Of a stretch of DNA of 64,000 nucleotides, positions 30,058 to 40,682 are shown one piece after another. Source of the DNA: Chamaesiphon sp. (lineage in GTDB: Bacteria > Cyanobacteriota > Cyanobacteriia > Cyanobacteriales > Chamaesiphonaceae); the NCBI GenBank assembly GCA_965246715.1, contig CBDFFH010000051.1, positions 160,001 to 224,000 on the forward strand, given 5' to 3'. A program made the position numbers and the translations under genes. The number at the start of each line of letters is the position of its first letter. The first letter of the stretch is position 1. The notes below the pieces were generated by a model, which did not search any database, was not told the DNA's origin, and saw nothing but the letters and a program-made list of their open reading frames with translations.

Positions 30058-30642
30058 TTAGCGATTGAGTCGATCGAGTGCTAAATTAAGTTTCAAAACA
30101 TTTACTCCCGGCTCGCCAAAGATGCCTAGAAACCGACCATCGATCGCTTGTGAGATCGCTTGTTCGACTGTGCTTGGATTTACCCCACGTGCTTTAGCTA
30201 CCACTGCGATCTGATTGCGAGCGGCTTCGACGCTGATATGTGGATCTAAACCGGAGCCAGAAGTATATACTAAATCGTTTGTCGGGAGGATTCCGGCAGA
30301 TTTGAGCCGATTTATTTCTGCTTTCGTGCGTTTGGCAAGATCGGGATTGCTAGGAGCCAGATTGCTTGCTCCGGATACTCCCGTTGGGGCGGCGGTTTTA
30401 TCGGTACTATAATTAATCGTACTCGGACGACTCGCAAAATACCGAGTACCAGCCGATGGTTGACCGATTAATGCCGAACCGATCGCGACAGATTCACTAT
30501 TTTTTAGGATACTGCCATTAGCCCGATCGGGTAATACTAACTGTCCGAATGCCAGGATAATTACTGGATAAATCACCGCAACCAGCAGCCAGATAATGAT
30601 GGTCGCTCGAATTGCCGTGCCGAATTCTTTAACTGCGTTCAT
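30058..30642 (-). CDS. kdpC: K+-transporting ATPase subunit C
   Basis: ANGS, GSALIGQ, SGASNL, SGSGLDPHIS, VNVLKLNLALD. Confidence 0.95.
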   Translation of the reverse strand: MNAVKEFGTAIRATIIIWLLVAVIYPVIILAFGQLVLPDRANGSILKNSESVAIGSALIGQPSAGTRYFASRPSTINYSTDKTAAPTGVSGASNLAPSNPDLAKRTKAEINRLKSAGILPTNDLVYTSGSGLDPHISVEAARNQIAVVAKARGVNPSTVEQAISQAIDGRFLGIFGEPGVNVLKLNLALDRLNR

Positions 30643-30643
30643 C

Positions 30644-30904
30644 TTAAAATTTCTCCGGTTGAAAGATTACTACAAATAGATAGATAAATAAAGCCCCAGT
30701 CACTACGCCCAAGAGACCGAGTGCATACGACTGTTCGCGCGAGAGCGTCTGTCCGGTAGCCGCATAGACAACTGGAGCGAAAATTAAATTAATTGCAAAG
30801 CTCCAGAGGAGATAGCGAGTTAACTTGCGATCGTACAACTTAGTCGCGATCGCCAAAATATCTTCAATGAAGATCGGTGATAAAATCTGTTTCATAATCT
30901 CCAA
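30644..30904 (-). CDS. kdpF: Extended KdpF-like membrane subunit (cyanobacterial kdpG/kdpF)
   Basis: C-terminal YLFVVIFQPEKF KdpF motif; located between kdpB and kdpC. Confidence 0.75.
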   Translation of the reverse strand: MEIMKQILSPIFIEDILAIATKLYDRKLTRYLLWSFAINLIFAPVVYAATGQTLSREQSYALGLLGVVTGALFIYLFVVIFQPEKF

Positions 30905-31043
30905 AATAGTAATAAATTACAACGGTAAATACGGCTCGATCGACGTGTGTTTAGGTAGTCAAAATCTTAACCAAAAACCGCCCAACCCTATAATTCAACA
31001 TCGATCGGTACTGCGGAGAGATACACCCCTACAGCTTTTGAGA

Positions 31044-33107
31044 TTAAGCCAACCCCACACCACTCACCAACACATCGATTAATTTAATTGCAATAAATGG
31101 TGCCAACACGCCCCCTAAACCATAGATAAAAATATTGCGTTGCAACAGTTGGTCGGCAGTTAGCGGTCTAAATTTCACGCCTTTGAGTGCCAGGGGAATC
31201 AACGCCGGAATAATCAACGCATTATAAATTAGTGCGGATAAAATCGCCGATTGCGAACTTGCCAAACCCATGATATTTAAACTGCCAATCCCAGCACTCG
31301 CAAAAATGGTCGGGAGAATGGCAAAATATTTGGCGACATCATTCGCGATCGAAAAAGTAGTTAATGCCCCCCGTGTAATTAATAATTGCTTCCCGATGGT
31401 GACGATATCGATTAGTTTCGTCGGATCGGAATCCAGATCGACCATATTCGCCGCTTCTTTGGCGGCTTGCGTGCCCGAATTCATGGCTACGCCGACATTG
31501 GCTTGGGCGAGAGCGGGAGCGTCATTCGTCCCATCCCCAGTCATTGCGACCAATTTACCCTGAGCCTGTTCGGCCCGAATCACATCGATTTTGTCTTCGG
31601 GAGTCGCCTCGGCGATAAAGTCATCGACCCCAGCTTCCGCCGCAATCACCGATGCGGTAATGCGATTGTCTCCCGTCAACATCACCGTCCGAATCCCCAT
31701 CTGACGCATCTGATCGAAGCGTTCGCGAATGCCTGGTTTGATAATATCTTTGAGATAAATGACCCCATAAATATCATCGCCCTGACAGACGGCTAGTGGC
31801 GTACCACCCAGTTTTGAGATTCGCTCGTAAGCGGCATCTAAATCTGGGGGGATTTGGCCGCCCCGCGAACGCACGAACCCTTTAATGGCATCCACCGCAC
31901 CTTTCCGAATCTCCGTGCCATCGGCTAAATCCGTACCGCTCATCCGCGTCCGGGCGGAGAACTCGATCCCTGTAGCCTTGTGCCGATCGATCTCACTCTT
32001 GGCACCTAATTTTTGGGCTAATAAGACGATCGATTTACCTTCTGGAGTCTCATCAAAAATACTCGAACCTAGCGCAATTTGGGCGACACTGGCGACATCG
32101 TGACGACCGAGTGGGGTAAATTCCTCGGCTAAACGGTTACCGAGGGTGATCGTCCCAGTTTTGTCTAAAATTAACGTATTGATATCTCCACAAGCCTCTA
32201 CAGCCCGTCCAGAGGTCGCAATCACATTAAATTGAGCGACCCGATCCATCCCGGCAATCCCGATCGCGCTCAATAATCCACCGATCGTCGTGGGAATTAA
32301 GGCAACGAGTAAAGCGACCAAAGCGGCAACACTCACGGGCACATTCACATAATTTGCCACGGGTGAGAGCGTTGCAATCACGATCAGGAAAACTTCGGTC
32401 AATACCGCCAGCAATACCGTCAAGGCAATTTCATTTGGGGTTTTGGTACGCTCGGCACCTTCGACGAGGGCGATCATGCGATCGATAAATCCCTTCCCCG
32501 GATCGGCTGTCACCCGAATCGTCAGTTCGTCCGAGAGAATCCGCGTTCCCCCAGTCACCGAACTAGCGATATCCGTCCCCGGTTGTTTCAAAACTGGTGC
32601 AGATTCCCCAGTAATTGCCGACTCATCCACTGCTGCCTCGCCGCTGGTGACCTCGCCATCGACGGGAATCATATCGCCAGCGATGACCTTGACGATATCC
32701 CCTTTGCGTAAGCTAGTAGAACTGACTTCGGAGATCGATCCATCTGCAAGTACCTTCCGCGCGCTCGTGTCGGATTTGGTTGCTCTTAATGCATCCGCTT
32801 GTGCCTTGCCCCTGCCTTCAGCGAAGGCTTCCGCAAAGTTGGCAAATAAAACTGTTACAAATAAAATCGCACAGATCAGACCATTGAAGCGCCGGAGATT
32901 GCCGCCAGCGACATTCCCAAAGATATTTGGATCGATCGTCATCAGTAGCGTGACAATTGTCCCAATCCACACTAAAAACATGACGGGATTTTTGACTGCG
33001 ATGCGCGGATCTAGTTTGACGAAGGACTGCCCGATCGCGCGGGCGAACATTCCTTGGGATTTGGCTTTGGGCGTATGCTTGCGTTGCGATCGCGGAATAG
33101 AAACCAT
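31044..33107 (-). CDS. kdpB: K+-transporting P-type ATPase subunit B
   Basis: [25 protein letters not shown]. Confidence 0.97.
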   Translation of the reverse strand: MVSIPRSQRKHTPKAKSQGMFARAIGQSFVKLDPRIAVKNPVMFLVWIGTIVTLLMTIDPNIFGNVAGGNLRRFNGLICAILFVTVLFANFAEAFAEGRGKAQADALRATKSDTSARKVLADGSISEVSSTSLRKGDIVKVIAGDMIPVDGEVTSGEAAVDESAITGESAPVLKQPGTDIASSVTGGTRILSDELTIRVTADPGKGFIDRMIALVEGAERTKTPNEIALTVLLAVLTEVFLIVIATLSPVANYVNVPVSVAALVALLVALIPTTIGGLLSAIGIAGMDRVAQFNVIATSGRAVEACGDINTLILDKTGTITLGNRLAEEFTPLGRHDVASVAQIALGSSIFDETPEGKSIVLLAQKLGAKSEIDRHKATGIEFSARTRMSGTDLADGTEIRKGAVDAIKGFVRSRGGQIPPDLDAAYERISKLGGTPLAVCQGDDIYGVIYLKDIIKPGIRERFDQMRQMGIRTVMLTGDNRITASVIAAEAGVDDFIAEATPEDKIDVIRAEQAQGKLVAMTGDGTNDAPALAQANVGVAMNSGTQAAKEAANMVDLDSDPTKLIDIVTIGKQLLITRGALTTFSIANDVAKYFAILPTIFASAGIGSLNIMGLASSQSAILSALIYNALIIPALIPLALKGVKFRPLTADQLLQRNIFIYGLGGVLAPFIAIKLIDVLVSGVGLA

Positions 33108-33159
33108 AAAAGTTATGAGTTATGAATTATGGGTGATGAATTATGACCGGATTCCCATG

Positions 33160-34857
33160 TCAGGATTTGGCTAGGAGAAATCCTTCAGCGATCGGGCCTA
33201 AAGCCATAATGGGAAAGAAGCTCAATACGCCCAACACCAAAACTACCCCCGCCGTCACGCCCATGAATAGCACCGTATCGGTGCGGAGCGTGCCCGAAGT
33301 CATCGGTACGGGTTGCTTGCGCGACAGGCCATCTGCCAACAACAACAGGGCGACAATCGGCACATAGCGTCCGATTAACATACTCACGCTCGCGCTGAGA
33401 TTCCACCACAATCCAGTCGGTGCTGGTGCCGAATCAGCCAATCCTTCAAACCCCGAACCGTTATTTGCTGAGGCTGATGCATACTCGTAAATCACTTGCG
33501 AGATCCCATGAAATCCTGCATTACTAATCCCTGCTAGCGCGTCTGGAAAAGCTAAGGCGATCGCACCAGGAATCAATACCGAGATCGGATGGATCAGTAG
33601 CACGACACTCGCTAAGACAATCTCGGACTTCTCGATCTTCCGCCCCAAAAATTCCGGTGTGCGCCCTACCATTAAACCAGTTACAAACACCGCCAAAATC
33701 AGGTAAACAAATAGGTATGCCGTTCCTGTCCCTTGTCCGCCCCAGATAATCTGCAGAAATAGATTGAATAATGCTACCAAGCCGCCTGGCGGCATGAAGG
33801 AATCCAACATCCCATTCACCGCGCCGCACATCGTCCCGGTCGTAATTACTCCCCAGAGCGCAGTTTGTGCCCAGCCAAACCGGACTTCTTTACCTTCTAA
33901 ATTGGGCTGAATCGCTCCGAGTTGAGCGTTGACGATCGGATTGCCCTGATATTCGCCTACTGCCGCCACCCCGATCGAAATAATAAAGATGATAAACACC
34001 ATCCCAAAAACCAACCATGATTGACGGGTATTATTCGCAAATACCCCATAAGTGTGAATCAACGCAGTAGGGATGGCGATCATCGCGATCGTTGCTACTA
34101 AGTTAGAAAATGCATTCGGATTCTCGAATGGATGAGCGGAATTTGCACCAAAGAAGCCACCGCCATTTTCACCCAATTGTTTGATACTTTCTAAATGGGC
34201 GATTGGCCCCAGCGCGATTGTCTGAGTAGTACCGTTTAAGGTAGTCACAGTTACTGGTGCTGACAGGGTTTCTGGCACTCCCGCAATTAATAGTAAGATG
34301 GCAATAAAGATCGCACCAGGTAGTAAAATCCGCGTAATCGATCGAACTAAATCTACATAAAAATTACCCAGTGGTCTGCCAGTCAAACCTCGAATAAAGG
34401 CAATCCCGACGGCTAATCCCGTCGCCGAAGAAGTAAACATGAGAAATCCCAGTCCGAAGACTTGACTGGCATAACTAAAAGTAGTTTCACCAGAATAATG
34501 TTGTTGATCGGTATTGGTTAAAAATGAAAATGTTGTATGTAAAGCTGTATCCCAAGTCGGCGCGCCCAATCCCGTTGAATTTAGCGGCAGTCCACCTTGA
34601 ACCATCAAGAGCACAAAAACACCAACAGCCATGACGAGGTTGCTGACAAAAATTGCTCTCGCATATTGCCAGCCCGTCATCATTTCGCGATCGTCGATCT
34701 GACTGAGCCGATAGATCCCGCCCTCTAGTGGCGAACAGATCGGATCTAATAACGTAGGTGTCGGTCTAAATACCCGCGCCATATAATTACCTAAAATTGG
34801 CGTAATTATCGCGATCGGGAGTAAAGTTAAGGCAATTTGTAGAAATCCTTGCCACAT
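33160..34857 (-). CDS. kdpA: K+-transporting ATPase subunit A
   Basis: [35 protein letters not shown]. Confidence 0.97.
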   Translation of the reverse strand: MWQGFLQIALTLLPIAIITPILGNYMARVFRPTPTLLDPICSPLEGGIYRLSQIDDREMMTGWQYARAIFVSNLVMAVGVFVLLMVQGGLPLNSTGLGAPTWDTALHTTFSFLTNTDQQHYSGETTFSYASQVFGLGFLMFTSSATGLAVGIAFIRGLTGRPLGNFYVDLVRSITRILLPGAIFIAILLLIAGVPETLSAPVTVTTLNGTTQTIALGPIAHLESIKQLGENGGGFFGANSAHPFENPNAFSNLVATIAMIAIPTALIHTYGVFANNTRQSWLVFGMVFIIFIISIGVAAVGEYQGNPIVNAQLGAIQPNLEGKEVRFGWAQTALWGVITTGTMCGAVNGMLDSFMPPGGLVALFNLFLQIIWGGQGTGTAYLFVYLILAVFVTGLMVGRTPEFLGRKIEKSEIVLASVVLLIHPISVLIPGAIALAFPDALAGISNAGFHGISQVIYEYASASANNGSGFEGLADSAPAPTGLWWNLSASVSMLIGRYVPIVALLLLADGLSRKQPVPMTSGTLRTDTVLFMGVTAGVVLVLGVLSFFPIMALGPIAEGFLLAKS

Positions 34858-34926
34858 AAATCGATCTCAGTAATAACTGAACTATTAACAGCGGATAATT
34901 TCTATTGTCACTTACATAACTATTGC

Positions 34927-34991
34927 CAAACATCTAAACTGATGTTTGTCTTCTACTGGGTTTGTTTAGATCGTAGCTAAACACATCTAAA
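34927..34991. promoter_or_regulatory. Candidate operator in the kdpA / histidine kinase divergent region
   Basis: Perfect CAAACATC-N6-GATGTTTG (34927-34948); ACATCTAAA repeated at 34930 and 34983. Confidence 0.45.
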
Positions 34992-35133
34992 TATTGTTTA
35001 TAAATTTAGTGCGATCGGTTTGGCATGACTATAATAGACTTACAAGCACTTGGGCGCGCACTGCTCGATCGTGACGATTTAGATTACAAACTAAAAAACG
35101 CCTCATTAATTAATCTAATTTTTCGTTCGTCTC

Positions 35134-36252
35134 ATGGTATATCGCTCTCTCCGCCCGAATCCAAATGCTTTAGAAGTTGCTGCAATTGTAGGACTATTTC
35201 TAATCGTATTAATTCTCGAATTTATAACGCCTGTAGATTATTTGTTTGGCTATCTTTTTAGTGCGCCGATTTTACTGTCTAGTTTTTGGTTTGGTCGGCG
35301 AGCAACTATTTATATCACCTCGCTCGCGATCGGTCTAACTTTGCTCAATTTGTGGATTCCGGGCGGTCATATCCTGACACCTGCCACGATCTGCGATCGC
35401 TCGATCGCGTCACTCGCCCTATTTGCTACTGGCTGGCTGAGTGAAAATAACCGCCGAGATCGAGCGGCACTCATCCAACAGCAATCACAATTAAATGTTC
35501 AAAAACAACTAAGTAGATTGCGCGAAGATTTTGCCTCGACGTTAACACACGATCTAAAAACACCTTTGCTCGGTAGTATCGCCGCCCTCGAAGCATTTCA
35601 AACTGAAAAATTCGGAGCAATTACTGAAATGCAACAGCAAGTAATCGCATTAATGCTCCGCAGCCATCAGACTAGTCTGCAATTGGTAGAAACATTGTTG
35701 GATGTCTATCGCAATGACACCGAAGGCTTGCAACTATCCATAGCACCAGTCGATCTGACAGACTTGGCTGAAGAAGTTTTGTGTCATCTGAGTCCCTTAG
35801 CCGCAGCCGATCGCATTTATTTGAGCATCCATTATGGCGCGTCAGACTTTCGCCAATCTTTGTGGGTAAATGGCGATCGATTTCAACTCCAACGCGTTTT
35901 TACCAATCTCTTGAAAAATGCGATCGATCATTCACGCAAAGGCGATCGCGTGGAGATTATCTTAGAATCTCACGCTCATCAGCAAATAGTCAAAATTCTC
36001 GACTCTGGTTCGGGGATTACCGCTGACGAATTGCCATATTTATTCCAACGCTTTTATCAGGGACACAGCGACAGACAAGCAAAAGGTACGGGTTTGGGAC
36101 TATATCTCTGTCGCCAGATTATTGAAGCTCATCACGGTATAATTTGGGCAGAGAACCGTTACTCGACTCCTACCCAAGAACCAACACCTTGGGGTGCCAT
36201 TTTCGGCTTTAGGCTGCCAATTTATCCCTATCTACCACCTTCAGATCGTTAA
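35134..36252 (+). CDS. Membrane sensor histidine kinase
   Basis: N-terminal TM helices; THDLKTP H-box; N, G1, F and G2 boxes. Confidence 0.93.
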   Translation: MVYRSLRPNPNALEVAAIVGLFLIVLILEFITPVDYLFGYLFSAPILLSSFWFGRRATIYITSLAIGLTLLNLWIPGGHILTPATICDRSIASLALFATGWLSENNRRDRAALIQQQSQLNVQKQLSRLREDFASTLTHDLKTPLLGSIAALEAFQTEKFGAITEMQQQVIALMLRSHQTSLQLVETLLDVYRNDTEGLQLSIAPVDLTDLAEEVLCHLSPLAAADRIYLSIHYGASDFRQSLWVNGDRFQLQRVFTNLLKNAIDHSRKGDRVEIILESHAHQQIVKILDSGSGITADELPYLFQRFYQGHSDRQAKGTGLGLYLCRQIIEAHHGIIWAENRYSTPTQEPTPWGAIFGFRLPIYPYLPPSDR

Positions 36253-36356
36253 CCCACATTATTTGTGCTGCTGACCTCTTTGTCCGATCGTCTTGCTGAG
36301 AGGGGTAGGAGTGGGTTCCGGATTCTGGAATCTAACACCTGCATTGCAATTTTTCA

Positions 36357-37010
36357 ATGTCGCTAATCCCACTCAAAATTTTATTAGTTGAAGATGACGA
36401 GCTGTTTCGGTTGGGATTGCAATTTCGGCTGCAACAGGAACCAGACATCGAGATTACCGCGCAAGCCGCTGATGGCGAAACTGCGGTAGAGCTAGCCAAT
36501 CGGCATTCTCTCGATCTGGTACTGCTAGATGTCGGATTGCCCAGAATGAGCGGATTGGAAGCCTGTCGTCAAATCAAAGCGCAACAGCCGCAGCTACCGA
36601 TCCTCGCCTTAACTTCGCACTCAGAGCAATCGCTGATTACCAGACTGATCGCCGCTGGCGTGCGCGGTTACTGTCTCAAAGGCATTGCGGCAGAAATGTT
36701 GATTCTGGCGGTGCGCTCCGTTGCAGCAGGAGCCTCATGGTGGGATCGCACTGCCACCGATGAAATTCAATCGACAATGCGCGATGCACGCATACAGCAG
36801 CATCCCCACCAGGCAATTTTGCTCACCAACCGCGAACGCGAGATTCTCGCCCCAATTGTTGCCGGCAAAAGCGATCGAGATATCGCTCAGACGCTGTATA
36901 TTGCGCCTGCAACCGTCAGAGTTCACGTTCATTCCATCTTAAGCAAGTTAGGGGCACGCGATCGATCTGAGGCGATCCTGATTGCCAAGCAACAGCAATT
37001 ATTAGATTGA
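36357..37010 (+). CDS. NarL/LuxR-family response regulator
   Basis: Receiver domain (EDD, LLD) plus LTNREREIL...TVRVHV..ILSKL HTH. Confidence 0.93.
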   Translation: MSLIPLKILLVEDDELFRLGLQFRLQQEPDIEITAQAADGETAVELANRHSLDLVLLDVGLPRMSGLEACRQIKAQQPQLPILALTSHSEQSLITRLIAAGVRGYCLKGIAAEMLILAVRSVAAGASWWDRTATDEIQSTMRDARIQQHPHQAILLTNREREILAPIVAGKSDRDIAQTLYIAPATVRVHVHSILSKLGARDRSEAILIAKQQQLLD

Positions 37011-37114
37011 GGTTGCTACAAATAACTGAAACTAAGCTCCCTAACCCCTGTTAATATTAAATAAATTGTTAAAATTTTTACAGAAACTTTAGTAGCAGGA
37101 GACCTGTAGTAACT

Positions 37115-37804
37115 ATGAGCCAAAAATCCCTCAAGATTGCCCCTTCCATCCTGTCTGCGGACTTTAGCCGCTTGGGTGAAGAGATTCAGAATGTCGATGC
37201 CGCTGGTGCTGACTGGATTCACGTTGATGTGATGGATGGGCGGTTCGTACCAAACATTACTATCGGTCCCCTGATCGTCGATGCTATTCGTCCTTACACC
37301 AAGAAAATCATCGATGTTCATTTGATGATTGTCGAACCCGAAAAATATGTCGCTGATTTTGCTAAGGCTGGTGCAGATATTATCTCCGTCCATGCCGAGC
37401 ACAATGCTTCCCCCCACCTGCACCGCACTTTGGGTCAAATCAAAGAATTAGGCAAACAAGCTGGAGTCGTCCTCAACCCTGGCACGCCATTGGAATTAAT
37501 CGAATACGTCCTAGACTTGTGCGATTTGGTTTTAATTATGAGCGTCAACCCCGGTTTTGGCGGTCAAAGCTTTATTCCTGGAATTATTCCTAAAATTGTC
37601 AAGCTTCGCCAAATGTGCGACGAGCGCGGTTTAGATCCATGGATCGAAGTCGATGGCGGCCTGAAAGCGAATAATAGCTGGCAAGTTATCGAAGCTGGTG
37701 CCAATGCGATCGTCGCTGGCTCAGCGGTGTTCAACGCTCCTGACTATGCTGAAGCAATCAAAGGCGTTCGCAATAGCAAACGTCCAGAATTGGCAACAGT
37801 TTAG
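37115..37804 (+). CDS. rpe: Ribulose-phosphate 3-epimerase
   Basis: [32 protein letters not shown]. Confidence 0.98.
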   Translation: MSQKSLKIAPSILSADFSRLGEEIQNVDAAGADWIHVDVMDGRFVPNITIGPLIVDAIRPYTKKIIDVHLMIVEPEKYVADFAKAGADIISVHAEHNASPHLHRTLGQIKELGKQAGVVLNPGTPLELIEYVLDLCDLVLIMSVNPGFGGQSFIPGIIPKIVKLRQMCDERGLDPWIEVDGGLKANNSWQVIEAGANAIVAGSAVFNAPDYAEAIKGVRNSKRPELATV

Positions 37805-37808
37805 TTAA

Positions 37809-38030
37809 CCTGAGTTCGGCATAAGAGGAGCCTGGAGACTAATGTCTCGGCTCATGATGCGAAGTCCGCCTTCGCGGACTAAGATATTCAGTCCGCGAAG
37901 GCGGACTTCGCACTAATAGCACCGATTTGCGAAAAGTGCGGTCTTGGGGCTTCCCCAAGTAGAGCACCTTTTCAAGACACAATCGAGTGCGATGCTAGTG
38001 CGGAGCCAATATCCTTAACCAGAACTGACG
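37809..38030. mobile_element. MITE with 8-bp target duplication and nested 51-nt element
   Basis: CCTGAGTTCGG.../...AGAACTGACG flanked by TTAGTTAA; sister copy at 48120-48289; insert at 37929-37979. Confidence 0.85.
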
Positions 38031-38059
38031 TTAGTTAAGAACCGATCGCTAGTTTTTAC

Positions 38060-38110
38060 TAATAAAAAAAGGACTACTAAAACTTATAGTTAGTAGTCCT
38101 TTTTTTATTA
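38060..38110. terminator. Bidirectional terminator between rpe and psbM
   Basis: TAATAAAAAAAGGACTACTAA / TTAGTAGTCCTTTTTTTATTA. Confidence 0.85.
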
Positions 38111-38122
38111 ATCGGGATATTT

Positions 38123-38239
38123 TTATGAATCCGCACCAGTATCGCGAGAATTGGTTTGAATATAGAGAATGATTAAGAAAATTGTGGGTACTGCGATAAA
38201 TAAAAGACTCGCAACAAAACCCAGATCGTTGGTTTGCAT
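38123..38239 (-). CDS. psbM: Photosystem II reaction centre protein M (absent from the ORF track)
   Basis: MQTNDLGFVASLLFIAVPTIFLIILYIQTNSRDTGADS*. Confidence 0.95.
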   Translation of the reverse strand: MQTNDLGFVASLLFIAVPTIFLIILYIQTNSRDTGADS

Positions 38240-38384
38240 TAGATTGATTCCTATAAAGTATTTTCGATCGATACCTAGACTAGGATAACATTTCACGCTC
38301 CTAGCTACTGGTTTACATAACTTAACCGCTTATTTGCTCAGCCACCAATCGCTCCCGATTCCAACATGGAGCGAACTGCGATCC

Positions 38385-38690
38385 TTACTTTTTCGCTGGC
38401 TTAGTCTTTATGCTTACTTCACCATTGACGAGGGCTTGACAGGCGAGGCGATAGCTATCTGGCTTCTTCGCTAGTTTGCGGCTTTCAAAATCAGTCCGAG
38501 GCGAGAGATTTTCCATCCCGGCGACGACCTCCACCACACAGGTGCCGCACTGTCCGTAGCCACCACAATTCATCAGCTTACCTTTGAAGGTATAAATATC
38601 AATCTGATTTTGAATGGCCTTCTCACGCAGATTTGCGCCCTGAGCGACGATGATTTCCTTATCCTCGTTAATAAATTTAATCGAACTCAT
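38385..38690 (-). CDS. 2Fe-2S ferredoxin-like protein
   Basis: [10 protein letters not shown]...RLACQ. Confidence 0.92.
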   Translation of the reverse strand: MSSIKFINEDKEIIVAQGANLREKAIQNQIDIYTFKGKLMNCGGYGQCGTCVVEVVAGMENLSPRTDFESRKLAKKPDSYRLACQALVNGEVSIKTKPAKK

Positions 38691-38806
38691 CTGTATGCCG
38701 CTACTAAAAATCTATGTAAACCTATCTTAATATAGTAAGCTCGGCGGTAGTTGTTTTACCGCGATCTTGCAAATTGCGATCGACTTACCATCCGCATACA
38801 ACTCGG

Positions 38807-40423
38807 CTAGGGGTGAATCGAACCATCTGGCATCGTTGCGCCAGCCAATTTCGTACCGTTTAGCTTGGCACCTGTCAGGATCGCCCGACGTAGATTAGCC
38901 CCCGTCAGATCGGCATCGCTCAAATCCGCTCCAGTGAGATTGGCATTCGTGAGATCTACTTGCGGGAGTTCGGCAGCTTGGAGATTGGCATTTGTGAGAT
39001 TGGCCTTTTGCATTGAGGCACCCTTGAGATTGGCATAGATAAGTTTTGAATTAGTTAAATTCGCGCTTACCAGCCGCGTCCCAATCAGCTTAGCTCCATA
39101 GAAAGCCGCTTGTTGGAGATCGGCTTGAGTCAAATTAGCATCGCTGAGATCGACATCGCGCAAAATCGCCAGCTTTAAGTTCGCATTGGCGAAGTTAGCC
39201 CCATTTAACTTCGATTGGGTTAGGACTACGCCAGTGAGATCGGCTTTGGCAAAATCTTGACCCCGGAGATCGCAACCGATGCACCGTTTCTCGGTAATTA
39301 TTTTCCCGCGATCGGATGCCACAAATGCAGCTTCTTTGACAATTTTCTGATTTTTGGCAATTTGAGCGGGACTGAGTTCTTCTGGCTCTGTAAATACAAA
39401 TTGACGCAGGAGTAAGCTCATTCCGAGCAATAGTCCGCTAGCTCCAATCGCCCAGTGCCACCATTTAAGTTGGATGCGGCGGCGAGGTTTCGTAAATCCT
39501 GTAATGTTAGTGGATTGAGAATGACTGTTAGCAGGTTGAGGATGTCTGGGCGAAAGCTCGCTCGTAGGATTGGAAGCACTGGCAGCATCGGGATATCGTT
39601 GGCGCTCGTCTGATGCGACCATTTTATCTAATGCTGCAATCAGCCGAGTTGGAGTCTGTTGAGGTACTAAGTGGTGGAATTGGAGCTGAAATCGATCGGT
39701 TAATAAGCTGTGTGCCTTGGCGGTAGGAGTACCAGTCAGCAAACAAATTAGTGAGACACCCAAGCTATAAATATCGGTGCTAAGAGTTAGTGCTCCTTCG
39801 GATAACTGTTCTGGGGGAATGAATCCCGGCATTCCCGCGATCGGCTGTGAAATACTTCTTAACGAACAGAGTCCAAAATCGACTAAATATACCATCAATT
39901 CCTGTTCGGTATTGACGATAATATTCTCAGGTTTGATATTCTGGTGAATGACGATCGGATCTAATTGCTGGAGATAAACTAAGATCTTTAACACAGCATC
40001 GGCAACGCGATCGATATCTCCAGGTGGCAACGTTTTGAGTTCGGCTAGAGACACTCCTGACTGATAGGCTCGCACTATACAAAATCCGGTAGCGGTCGGA
40101 AAGGAATTGAGGTAGGGTGGAATATTAGGATAGTCTAGTTGTTGTAACCGACCGATTTCTGGTAGATAACTAGCATAATTTAGCGATAGTGACTGGGAGT
40201 CGGGCAGCCGCCATTGTTTGATTACGACCGCTCGATCTGATTTAACCTCCTTAGCTAAATAGGTAATCCGCTTGCCATCCTCACGCTCTGACAACTTTTC
40301 TAAGATCTGATAACCATAAATTTTTAAGTCAGGGAAATCGCTCTGCTCTCCCAACGACGTTGTACTTGCGTGCGGTAACTCATCAGATCCCGTAAGCGGT
40401 GAAGAATTTTCTGACTCATTCAT
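38807..40423 (-). CDS. Ser/Thr kinase-like (probable pseudokinase), TM segment, pentapeptide repeats
   Basis: VVIK, HQNIKPEN, DFG, PPEQ; TM at WWHWAIG...; A(N/D)LxG repeats. Confidence 0.85.
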   Translation of the reverse strand: MNESENSSPLTGSDELPHASTTSLGEQSDFPDLKIYGYQILEKLSEREDGKRITYLAKEVKSDRAVVIKQWRLPDSQSLSLNYASYLPEIGRLQQLDYPNIPPYLNSFPTATGFCIVRAYQSGVSLAELKTLPPGDIDRVADAVLKILVYLQQLDPIVIHQNIKPENIIVNTEQELMVYLVDFGLCSLRSISQPIAGMPGFIPPEQLSEGALTLSTDIYSLGVSLICLLTGTPTAKAHSLLTDRFQLQFHHLVPQQTPTRLIAALDKMVASDERQRYPDAASASNPTSELSPRHPQPANSHSQSTNITGFTKPRRRIQLKWWHWAIGASGLLLGMSLLLRQFVFTEPEELSPAQIAKNQKIVKEAAFVASDRGKIITEKRCIGCDLRGQDFAKADLTGVVLTQSKLNGANFANANLKLAILRDVDLSDANLTQADLQQAAFYGAKLIGTRLVSANLTNSKLIYANLKGASMQKANLTNANLQAAELPQVDLTNANLTGADLSDADLTGANLRRAILTGAKLNGTKLAGATMPDGSIHP

Positions 40424-40682
40424 GACAGCCCCAACCTTGCGATCTAAATCTTTCTACTGCGATCGATTATCCATTAAATTGACTTCAATCATCTGGCTGA
40501 AGATATCTGGAACAATTTTCTCGATTGCCGAACAGTGGCTTTGACGCTGGAACTAGCGATCGATTCAATCGTGCGAACTTCGTAAAACGCTATAATTCCT
40601 TTGTCTTGCTGCACTACCCAACCGCATGAGCTGCGAGTGAAGCACACTTCGATAACTCATAATTAATCATTCATAATTATTC

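Noticed and set aside
32443..33174. 243-aa ORF antisense to kdpB, and similar antisense ORFs over tuf, fusA, cmpC and the pentapeptide gene
   Set aside because: Shadow ORFs of well-supported genes.
37081..37110. CAGAA...TGTAGT upstream of rpe as another DIF1-like promoter
   Set aside because: The -35 box mismatches and the spacer is 3-4 nt too long.
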